DNA of 64,000 nucleotides, taken from contig NW_027361671.1 in NCBI RefSeq assembly GCF_039654945.1, forward strand, positions 91,512,001 through 91,576,000, given 5' to 3'. Within the stretch, counting starts at the first letter, position 1, and the number at the start of each line of letters is the position of its first letter. The position numbers and the translations under genes were made by a program. The DNA comes from Dendrobates tinctorius (Eukaryota). This document shows positions 14,778 to 24,671 of the stretch, piece by piece. The notes below the pieces were generated by a model that saw only the letters and a program-made list of their open reading frames with translations, was not told where the DNA came from and did not search any database.

Positions 14778-15519
14778 TTAAACCATTCTCTCTGTCACTA
14801 TTCTGGCATTTGGCAAATATTAATAATTATGGTAGTCCTAATTGACCTAAAATGGGAAAGGTTTATTCTGATTTCATGTTAGATATTGAGAAAAAACATG
14901 CATATGTGTCTTTTTATATAGTAGATCGTAATAGTATATAGTATATAGCTAATTAATCCCAGGACTTCCCTTTCCCTGGTTCTGCTGGGAGGTATGTTAT
15001 GCTGCATAGTTTACCTCTCTTGGGTAGAAGTATTTTTTTGAAATTTTGTGGGATTTGATTGGTAGAACTCGGAGTGTATTTTGTGTTACACTATGGTAGT
15101 TGGTTGGTAGCACTAAGAAGGTGTTTTGTGGAATTGATTTTGCTGTGGGAGGGGGCTACTATCCACTGCATTAATCTAATTTTTGGCACTGCTAGTGTAT
15201 TTTAAGCTTCTTTCTGGTAGGTGATATTGGAATAGTTACAGGGACCCTGATTTTTGAACTGCACAGGGCTAAACTTTTTGTAATAGCTGCCTTGTCTATG
15301 TCCAGTGAACTCTCTGACTACTTCTAATATTCTTAGAGTTTTCAGTGTGGGTACACACATAATGCCATAAACTGCTCATGTTTTCCTGCAGCAGTTTGCC
15401 TTGAATCATTTTTGCAGTGAATGTCTTTTCTTGTGCCAACTAGTAATTGACTGACCTGCAGTGCTTTCTTTGTCTGCAAAGAATACTGTGTCCCAGCTAA
15501 TGTACAATTATACTATATA

Positions 15520-16081
15520 CAGTTAGGTCCATATATATTTGGACAAAGACAACATTTTTCTAATTTTGGTTCTAGACATTACCACAATGAATTTTAAACA
15601 AAACAATGGCCAAGTCAGTCACCTGATCTCAACCCAATTGAGCATGCATTTCACTTGTTAAAGACTAAACTTCAGACAGAAAGGCCCACAAACAAACAGC
15701 AACTGAAAACCACCGCAGTGAAGGCCTGGCAGAGCATCAAAAATGAGGAAACACAGCATCTGGTGATGTCCATGAGTTCAAGACTTCAGGCAGTCATTGC
15801 CAACAAAGGGTTTTCAACCAAGTACTAGAAATTAACATTTTATTTACAATTATTTAATCTGTCCAATTACTTTTGGTCCCTTTAAAAACAGGGTAGCACA
15901 TGTTAAGGAGCTGAAACTCCTAAACCCTTCATCCAATTTTAATGTGGATACCCTCAAATGAAAGCTGAAAGTCTGTACTTCAACTGCATCTGAATTGTTT
16001 TGTTTAAAATTCATTGTGGTAATGTCTAGAACCAAAATTAGAAAAGTGTTGTCTCTGTCCAAATATATATGGACCTAACTG
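15520..16081 (+). mobile_element. Internally deleted Tc1 element
   Basis: TIRs CAGTTAGGTCCATATATATTTGG at both ends, TA TSD, SPDLNPIEH coding remnant; same family as the copy at 61158. Confidence 0.85.
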
Positions 16082-16111
16082 TATCATATAGTATACTGTA
16101 CAGTATATCAT

Positions 16112-16285
16112 TTAGCATATTTCCCAGAGGAGCATTGCGGCTTTAAGTCTCCTCATCTTGACATGCTTAGCATGTCATTCTCCGCAAGGAGAAATTATAC
16201 GTCTTGGATATCGGTCAGACGCCTCTCTCATAGCCAAACCAGATCTCACACTTTGCACTGATGAAGGGCAAAGTTTCCTGAATAC
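16112..16285 (+). ncRNA. Satellite-2/retrozyme-like unit, 5' part (promoter motifs and hammerhead 5' half)
   Basis: Ends in CCAGATCTCACACTTTGCA-CTGATGA-AGGG-CAAAGTT-TCCT-GAA; 16112-16212 is repeated at 21717-21817. Confidence 0.75.
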
Positions 16286-16635
16286 CTTGAGTGCTGTCTC
16301 TTGGCCTTCCTGCATCGCCACTTCAGTGGTAAGCCAGTCGCTGCTTTTGGGAGATAGCCAGGAGGATTCGGGGAGGAGATCCTTGGAACTGTGGACAATG
16401 GGAGTCCGACTTCAATTCTCTGGGACCGGTGATAGCCGGGTCAAAAATGGATTCAGGATTGACATCGCTGAAGATAAGAAGTTGTATTTTTCTCTGGGAT
16501 ATTTGGTCAACATGGTGTTTTATAACAAATATATCGTGGCACTACTGCGTTGGTGCACAAAAGAAGGTTCCCACACCAGTATAGTTAATGAACAAAAAAT
16601 TTTGGCACTCAACTTGTTGCAAAGTGAAGGTTTTA

Positions 16636-16700
16636 TTTGCAGTCTCAAATGTTTAGACGTTTCGGCTTATACAATCAAGCCTTCATCAGTAAGCTGCAAA
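16636..16700 (-). ncRNA. Minimal type I hammerhead ribozyme (inverted copy)
   Basis: Reverse complement of 16964-17028. Confidence 0.8.
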
Positions 16701-16963
16701 TCAGATACAAGTGTACAACACAAGTCAGATGCTACATAATGTACAGTCAAACAGAATAACATCCAATGTATACCAAAACAAATTTATAATAGTGCAATAG
16801 TGATGGAAGGGATGGGTTGAGGTAAAGGGGAATGGGGAAGGGAAAAAGAAAAAAGCCTATAGGAAAAAAGGAAAGTGAAAAAAAAAAGGAAAGTGAAAAA
16901 AAAGGAAAGTGAAAAAAAAAAAAGGAAAGTGAAAGAAAAAGGATGTTGTACACTTGTATCTGA

Positions 16964-17028
16964 TTTGCAGCTTACTGATGAAGGCTTGATTGTATAAGCC
17001 GAAACGTCTAAACATTTGAGACTGCAAA
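16964..17028 (+). ncRNA. Minimal type I hammerhead ribozyme (PLE-type)
   Basis: TTTGCAG-CTTA-CTGATGA-AGGCTT-loop-AAGCC-GAAAC-GTC^TAA...CTGCAAA. Confidence 0.8.
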
Positions 17029-18242
17029 TAAAACCTTCACTTTGCAACAAGTTGAGTGCCAAAATTTTTTGTTCATTAACATGGTGTTTTATGACATCCT
17101 GAAGATTCGGAAGTCTGATATAATATGCCTGCAGGAGTTTAGGAGGGAAGGCAGGTATGTACTGGTGCTATCTTCTATGGCGGCTTGCCAGAATTTGTTT
17201 ACTGCCCTGAAAAATGGAGTTGCAAATCCTTTGCTGGAAGGTCTTACCTTTACTGTGCTGTACTCTAAGGGAGATATCCCTCTTGTAGTTTTCATGCACA
17301 ACCCTTTTGTTTCCCTGGAGGACATTACTTTATTTTTGAAAAGACATTGCATTTATGTTCAGTACTCCCACAGGGTCCTGAATGAAGAAGGGCTCTGGAC
17401 TGGAAAGTACAATTTTTTTGTGAGATTTGGGATGGATCCCCAAGGTCCGGGAGGCATCCATTACACCCCCCTCTTAATTTTTCAATTGGGAAAAATAGTG
17501 GGTTTTTGTTCTTTCCAGATGTCCCTATGTATTGCAGGAGGTGTAAAAATTTCGGGCATACCCACAGATAGTTGCAAGGAGATGCCAACTTGCAGGAATT
17601 GCAGTGCTTCTGGCATATGGCAAAAGACTGCACAAATCCAGTTATGTATAATGCTTGTGGTGAGGAGGGCCATAAGTATTGGGACTGTAAGGCCAGGATC
17701 AGTCCTAGGTCTTACGCTGAGGTCTCAGGTGGGGCAGCTGCGCCCCCTGCTTCTGTTGTTGACATTCCACAGGTTTCAGACCCGGATCTTATTGAGGAAC
17801 CTGAAATCATGGATGCACATGAGGAGACCCTGCCCCAAATGGAGTCTCCCATCCCAGAGGTCGCAGTTTTGGAACTTGCCGATGTTGAATGTGAGCTCCC
17901 TCATCAGTCTGATGTCTGTGGGGAGGGGGAGTTGGAGTGTACTCTTGGCAATACCCCCAGTGTATCTTGGTTCGCTACTGAGGAGGAGTTGGCCAGTTGT
18001 GTAGATCAAGGTGACTTCACTCTTGCAAGGTCCTCTGAGGATGAGGAGCCTGGAACTTCCTGTAAGAAGCCCAGAACTGATTGGGCAGACCCCGGTGAAG
18101 TTGGTTTAAGTCCGGTGAGTGAACGTAGTTACCCTCAGAATGTCTTCTCTCCTGACACCAATGCTTTTTTAGGCATTCCCGAAGACGTAAACAGATTCAG
18201 AGAGTTGCAGTTCCAGATGGAAGATGAAAACGGCTGATATTA

Positions 18243-21200
18243 ATGGGTAACAGGGAGATTAGTTTAGATAGCTACACGGTGGTAGAGGTGGGTAGATGTA
18301 TAGTTGCACATGTTAGCTATAAGGGGTGGCGGGCTAGAATTATTAATGTGTACTGTCCATCAGGGCACGACAGGAAAAAGGAGCATCTGGCTCTTTTGGA
18401 AAAATTAAGTTTGTTTCTTCCGGGCAAAATGCCTACAGTTTAAGTTGGAGACTTTAATTCCGTTACAGAAGGGAATTGTGACATAACTGGAAAAAGTTAT
18501 CCAATCTTATTTCTGATTTTTCCCTTCTAGATGCTGCTGCTCTGAAATTTGGCATCCCACCACCGCCAACGTACCATGCTGATAGGGATGGTATTGCATC
18601 CAGGATAGATAAAAAATTTTCCAAAAATATGTTGTGTATGAATTTTGAACAAAATGCTGTACCTTTTTCTGATCATGAGTGTTTGAGAGGTGTGTTTAGT
18701 GCAATTGATGGCCGTGTGTATGGGGGTGGGGTTTGGAAGCTGAATGTAAGATTGTTAGAAGATGAGGATGTGATGAATGAATTAAAAATAAAGTATAAAG
18801 AGTGGAGAGTATGTAAGAGGGACTTTGTGTGTGTGCTGGAATGGTGGGACTGGGTTAAGGCGTGTTGCAAAAAATTCTTCAAAAAATGGGGCTATAAAAA
18901 AACTGCTATTTATCAGAGTAAATTTAATGATTTAAACAGGCATTTAGACTGGTTAAGAAGTGTGGAGAAAGTGGGATGGATGCGTCTGATCTGCTAGCTG
19001 AGACAAAGAGTGAATTAAAGAGTGTTATGGATGAAAAAGGTAAAGAAATCATCTATCGCACCAAAATAGAACATCAAAGTGCACAAGGTTCTTTTTTAAG
19101 ATAATGAATGGGAGAAAGGTTGATATGGATAAAATCCTGGATAGGAACGGTTTGTATGTGTCAGGTGAGAATGTGATAAAGGAGGTGAATAGGTTCTATA
19201 GCAAGTTATATGATAAAAAATGGATTGATTCAGGTCTTGTTTCAGAAGTGCTGAATGGGGTAGAGAACAAGTTGGATAGTGGAGAATGTGATATTTTGAA
19301 TGAGGATGTAATTATGGAAGAAGTAGAAAACGTGATGAAGAGTGCTATAAAGAATAAGACACCAGGTAAAGACGGATTGCCGGTAGAATTCTATGTGAAG
19401 GCATGGGATTTTCTGGGTGCTGATTTGACTGAGATATGTAAGTATATGTGGGAGAGTGGTAAGTTGTGTGAATCAAGTGAAAGAGGGGATGGTTGTGCCT
19501 GTGCATAAGAAAGGTGAGAGAAAGTGTTTAGAGAATTGGAGACCTATAACATTGTTGAATGCAGATTACAAAATCTACAGCGAATTGTTGGCGAATCGTA
19601 TGCGTGAGGTGATTGGTAGTATTGTGGATGAGGATCAAGTGTGTGCTGTGCCTGGAAGAAGTATGAGTGATAACTTATTGTTATTAAGGGATTTGATTGG
19701 AGACTGCATGGGAAGGAAACAGAAGTGTATGGTTCTGTCAATTGATTTTGAGAAAGCATTTGATAGGGTCTCGCATGTGTTTTTGTTTAAAGTTCTGGAG
19801 AGAATGGGATCTCCTCAAAAATTTGTGAATGGGATAATGTCTTTGTATGATTGTGTGTCAAATTAGTTTCTTGTTAATGGGTGGTTGAGTGAGAAAGTGA
19901 ATATTAAGTCTGTTGTAAGGCAGGGGTGTCCCCTGTCCCCTGTCTTGTTTGTATATGTGATTGAACCTTTGTTGTGCTTGGTGAGACGTGATAATATGAT
20001 GCGAGGTTTGTTGGTACCTGGGAGTGGTGGAAAGCATGTGAAAGTTCTTGGATATATGGATGATGTTGTGGCTGTGAGTGAAAGTGTTGCGTCTAGTAGG
20101 GTTAAGTTGCTTCTGGAGTTTTTCTGTGGTGCATCTGGCTTTAGAGTGAATTGGAATAAATGAGTTTTAAATGTTTTGGGGATAACAGGGTTAAAATGGA
20201 GGGGGTAAAGTGTGAGGAGGGTGCTATCAAAGTGCTGGGAGTATTATTTAATAAGGACTTGGAAGGTAAGGAGAGCTGGGAGGAGTGTGGATTGCACATA
20301 GAGCGTAAGTTGAATTTTTTGCAACTCTCAGACTTCACCTTGAGTGATAAGATTTTGGTCATAAAAGTGGTGATTCTTCCGATTTTGCTTTTTATTGCAA
20401 CAGTTTTTCCACCGTCGTGTAGGAAAATAAAGAGTGGAAAAGTTAGTTTTTACTTTTTTTCTGGAGCAGTAAAATAGAGAAACTTAAGAGAGAAAGTCTT
20501 TTTAAGGCGTGTCACCATGGTGGCTTGGCCTTTCCAAACATTGAGATTTTTCTGGGGCTTCAGTATAGCAAAACTGTTGTTATTTTGCTGAATAAAGGAA
20601 ATAAGTGAGCATATATGGCAAGTTATTCTGCTGGTTGGATGTTATATGGCTTATGTCGGAGAAAGAGGGATTCTAGAATGCCTATTGCTTTCAAGTGTCC
20701 GGTCTGGTCTGAGGTGATGGAGAAGTTTGAGGAAGCATGATTTGCTGAGTGTACCGATGAATGATTTTAGAATGGCTAAGAATGTGATGAAAATAATACG
20801 AATAAATAGAATGATGTGGAATGTAATATTGTGGGGTTGAGAGGGAATGAAATTTTGGTTGCATGGAAGAGTATGGGAACGCACGGGATGTCTAATAGAC
20901 AAAGGGATATTGTATGAATGTCCTTGCACAATATTTTGCCTGTGCGTCAGGTTCAGAAGAGACGAAATCTGACCAGAACTGATGTGTGCCCGAGGGAAGG
21001 ATGTGGTGGATGTGAGACTGTGTGGCATACTATGTGGGACTGTGATTACACGTGCAGTGTGTGGAAGTGTGTAGGTGGGTTGTGTAAGGAGTTAGCAAGT
21101 GTGAGTTTTATTGACTGGCGTGTTGCGATGTTTGGAATTGGTGCATGTGGTCGTGTGAAAAATAGAATCCTATAGTTAATTATGACTTGTGTGATGCAGA

Positions 21201-21385
21201 GTTTGTGGAATGGGAGGAATTTAGGAATTTTCAAAGAGAAGCATGCATCTGTGAATAAGTGTGTCGGGCTGATCCTTTCTAGATTATACTTGATTTATAA
21301 ATTAGACAGCGAAGGCGGTGGTGGTTCTGATGCAGAGGGTGTCTGCAAATTTAAAAAATGGCAGCACCTGATCAAATATCAGTGA
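18243..21385 (+). pseudogene. Tx1 ORF2 (APE endonuclease, reverse transcriptase, zf-RVT), with stops and frameshifts
   Basis: GDFN, SDH, KTPGKDGLPVEFY, WRPITLLNADYK, DFEKAFDRV, RQGCPLSP, YMDD, CPREGCGGCETVWHTMWDC; endonuclease N-terminus appears deleted. Confidence 0.9.
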
Positions 21386-21557
21386 ATTTTAGTGATGTTT
21401 ATTGATGTTTAGGATGTCTTTTGTGTATACCCTTGGTTTGCTATACTAAAATAAATATGAACCATGATGATGAGAGCTGAAACAACGACGTTTAAGTTGA
21501 TGAGCTTATATTGAGTTGCTTATAACTAACCTGAATGGTTTAAAAAAAAAAAAGAAA

Positions 21558-21817
21558 GAAACACAGTGTCTGCAAATTGAGATTCTGGCTGGCTTTTATC
21601 CTAAGTCATGTAACAAGGCTCGTTAAAGGGTCGACATTGACTTTTAGGATTGCTACTTCCAATAGGTGGCACTAGAGTTCTAGTCCTCTTCCTCTCTGAA
21701 GAGATAATTTGCATAATTAGCGTATTTCCCAGAGGAGCATTGCGGCTTTAAGTCTCCTCATCTCGACATGCTTAGCATGTCATTCTCCGCAAGGAGAAAT
21801 TATACTTCTTGGATATC
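21558..21817 (+). ncRNA. Satellite-2/retrozyme-like unit, 3' part (hammerhead 3' half and promoter of the next unit)
   Basis: GAAACACAGT-GTC^TGCAAATTGAGATTCTGG pairs with the 16239-16257 stem I; followed by CTCF-like, octamer, SPH-like and PSE-like motifs. Confidence 0.75.
21659..21803 (+). promoter_or_regulatory. snRNA-type promoter module
   Basis: CCAATAGGTGGCACTA (CTCF-like, 21659), ATTTGCAT octamer (21707-21714), TTCCCAGAGGAGCATTGCG (Staf/ZNF143 SPH-like, ~21726), TCTCCGCAAGGAGAAAT (PSE-like, ~21784). Confidence 0.55.
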
Positions 21818-22030
21818 CTGAAAGATAAAAGAAACGCTTGAGCATGCAACATTAACTATAACAGTTGTAAGTCCAGTGTTCTGGTTGGTAGCCTGGAGTC
21901 CACAACAGTAGAATCATCCATATCCGATTGGAAACCCATCTTTGAATTGGGGAAGCTGCAACATGCAAACACTTCCACCAACCCATCAATCCAATGGTGA
22001 AAGTTCCATGTCCTAACGCAGCTGGAGGTA

Positions 22031-23158
22031 CCGTATTTTTCGGTCTATAAGACGCACCGGACCATAAGACGCACCCCAATTTTCAGAAGGAAAATAGGGA
22101 AAAATATAATGTGTCAAATGAGGGTCCGTCTTACAATCCGAATTCAGCTTACCTGGGAAGGGATCCGGCACAGGTGGAGGAGTGGTCACAGGGGTCATTC
22201 AGTGGTCCAGGCTCGTGCGGTGGCGGCAGGTTGGTTGTACTGGAGCAGCTGGGCTGTGCTGGGGCAGCTGGGCTGGGCTGTGCTGGGGCAGGTGGGCTGT
22301 GCTGGGGCAGCTGGGCTGTGGCAGCTGTGCTGGGGCAGCTGTGCTGGGGCTGGGGCAGCTGGGCTGGGCTGGCGCAGCTGTGCTGGGGCTGGGGCAGCTG
22401 TGCTGGGGCTGGGGCAGCTGGGCTGTGCTGGGGCTGGGGCAGCTGGGCTGTGCTGGGGCAGCTGGGCTGTGCTGGGGCTGCTGGGCTGTGCTGGGGCAGC
22501 TGGGTTGTGCTGGAGCAGCTGGGCTAGCTGTGCTGTGCTGGGGCTGGGGCAGGTGGGCTCTGTGGGGTGAGGGTGGCAGCTCTCTGTGCTCCGGTGCAGG
22601 GGCGGTGGATCCGCCGGCATTTCCTCCAAGCCCGGAGGCCCCCGCACATCCCTTGCTGGCCGCCGCCATGTTGCGGTGGCCTCCGGGAACATGGACGCCG
22701 GGAAGATGGCCGCCGGTCCGGGGACGGCGCATGCGCTGGTTTAGATCTCATCCCGAGATCTCGGGGGACGAGATTCAAATCTCGGCAACGAGATCTCGTC
22801 CCCCCGAGATCTCAGGATGAGATCTGAACCTGCGCATGCGCCGTCCCCGGACCGGCGTCCATCTTCCCGGCGTCCATGTTCCCGGAGACCACCGCAACAT
22901 GGCAGTGGCCAGCAAGGGACGTGCGGGGGGCCTCCGGGCTTGGAGGAAATGCCGGCGGAGCCGCCACCCCTGCACCGGAGCACAGAGATCCGATACCCCT
23001 GCACCGGAGTACAGCCCGCTGCCACCACCGCACTACAGAGCCCCCGCGGCACCTGCACCAGCCTCGAAGGTTAGTACATTGCGACCATAAGATGCACCCC
23101 CCACTTTCCCCCAAAATTTTGGGGAAAAAAAGTGCGTATTATGGTCCGAAAAATACGG
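22031..23158. mobile_element. Tc1/mariner-superfamily MITE
   Basis: TIRs CCGTATTTTTCGG(T)C(T)ATAA, TA TSD; internal GC-rich minisatellite 22245-22550 and palindrome 22581-22988. Confidence 0.85.
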
Positions 23159-23920
23159 TATATAGCGGTATGCTCCCTGCTGTAAGCACTGCACGGCCTT
23201 CACTGACAGGTTTAGGAGAATTTTCTATACTTGAATGTGCATTGCATTCTTCTAAAATTACAGACAGGTTGCACTGTGCATATAGATACATCTCTATATG
23301 GGAGGCATGCATACAGTGCTCTCCACTGATCAATATGTTGAAGTTTCTGTCCGCAAAAAAGCAGGATTCTGACTGGAAAGCCGACAGAGCCAGGTACTTG
23401 ATTAAAGCATATGGAGTCACTATGGATACTGACCTCTATCCTCGGAGTGTTCCTTTTCAGACATACAGAAAAACGTAGTCTGTTTGGGTTCCTGTCACAA
23501 TCTTGTCTTTCTGGAGATCCGGCAGAAACCCTTTGCTCAGTGGAGAGCATTGTACGTGTGTGAACCAAGCCTAAACTTTAAGCAGCTACAACATAGAATA
23601 TATAAATTGATATTTGTGTGTGTGTAACTATGAAAATAGATACACCCATCTGTATTTAGGAAGGGGGCCAAAAATGGATTATTTCTTGCCTGTGTTTACT
23701 TGGCAAAATACTCATATAATTGTGAGTCACTGACAGACACAGCAGAAATGCAATCTCATCATGACGTGAAAATTTTAGCTGGAACAGAAACAAAGGAGAC
23801 TAAAGTTTATAGTTTATCTATCTATCTATCTATCTATCTACAATTAGGTCTAGAGGTACAAAAAATAGGAGCAGCACACCATAATGAATTAAATGGAGCT
23901 ATTTTATTTTAGCCCATAAT

Positions 23921-23959
23921 GGCGACGTTTCGGTCCTGAGTGCAAACCTTTCTCAAGCA
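23921..23959 (-). ncRNA. Hammerhead-like motif (CUUGAGA variant) in Penelope pLTR
   Basis: Minus strand: GC-TTGAGAA-AGGT-loop-ACC-GAAAC-GTC-GC. Confidence 0.5.
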
Positions 23960-24671
23960 ATAGGTATGTGCAAATGCTGAACATTTATAGGGTGTATATG
24001 ATTAGAGTATTTAACAACATTATTACAAAAAAAGAGTGTGACTTTTTACCATACAAAGTGCACAAAAAGTGCATGATGTTATGTATACAAATATATGGTA
24101 CATCGTATAAGGTGCAGTGCATATCATGTAAACACACAGAATTGAGTATAGAGTGCATTACAACACTAATTGATAATAACAGTGCAGGTGCAAAGCATTC
24201 GACTTAATTATAAACACGCTCCATGGCTTACCCCATATAACATAAAATACATACGTCTGCCGGCGTCCTGTAATGCTCAGTGCGCATGTCAGGAAACAGA
24301 ATGAAAGCGCTACCCTGCGCTTGCACAATAGTGATGAGAATCATCAAACACCATCTTGGTTTCAGGCAAAAGGAGCATAAGACCACGCAGTCCAAAGAAG
24401 AAACCAGGCGCATGCGCAGTAAAGATGCACATAGGAAAAACATTACCATGCTTCAAAATGAAAATTCTGCGCATTGAAACAAGAATCCATGGCGAAAAAA
24501 ACATGCAATAGATCAGCAAAAGGCTCTCAGCACAGATAATGTGTACAAAAACACTTTTTCTTGCCCTTTTTTCTTTTTTTGCTGTTTTTTCATCAGGTGG
24601 TGATTCAGATGTGCCCAATATGATTTGTTTTACTTCTGAAGATGAAGAGAGGATTTTAGGAAGGATAGAAG

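Larger units (their letters stand above)
12200..14921 (-). mobile_element. Sleeping Beauty-like Tc1 remnant (5' TIR and N-terminal transposase), split by a piggyBac-type element
   Basis: ORF 12233-12595 reads KSKEISQDIRK...HKSGSS...SSVQTIIRKYK...SGRR...INPRT, matching the Sleeping Beauty transposase N-terminus. Confidence 0.8.
16524..17077. mobile_element. Penelope-derived inverted-repeat insertion with two hammerheads
   Basis: 15-bp TSD AACATGGTGTTTTAT (16509-16523, 17078-17092); 137-bp inverted arms 16584-16720 and 16944-17080. Confidence 0.8.
16398..18237 (+). pseudogene. Tx1 ORF1 (ZCCHC3-like, zinc knuckles), interrupted and frameshifted
   Basis: Removing insert 16524-17077 plus one TSD copy restores ...GYLVNMVFYDILKIRKSDIICLQEF...; knuckle remnants such as ACGEEGHKYWDC. 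Confidence 0.8.
16286..21553 (+). mobile_element. L1-Tx1 clade non-LTR retrotransposon, near full length, degenerate
   Basis: 5' UTR, ORF1 with CCHC knuckles, ORF2 with APE-RT-zf-RVT, 3' UTR and poly(A) at 21542-21553. Confidence 0.9.

Noticed and set aside
16200-16300. U2 snRNA (Keno-type) target for the Tx1 LINE
   Set aside because: The flanks show no U2 sequence and instead rebuild a hammerhead.
16398-18237. Host ZCCHC3 gene
   Set aside because: It is ORF1 of a LINE, followed by ORF2 and poly(A).
22109-23114. Gly/Ala/Cys/Trp- and Pro-rich ORFs in all six frames
   Set aside because: They come from a GC-rich tandem repeat and palindrome within a MITE.
23160-23575. Exon-like unique sequence on the minus strand (also ~15010-15490)
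   Set aside because: No clean frame or recognisable motif; cannot be supported without a search.
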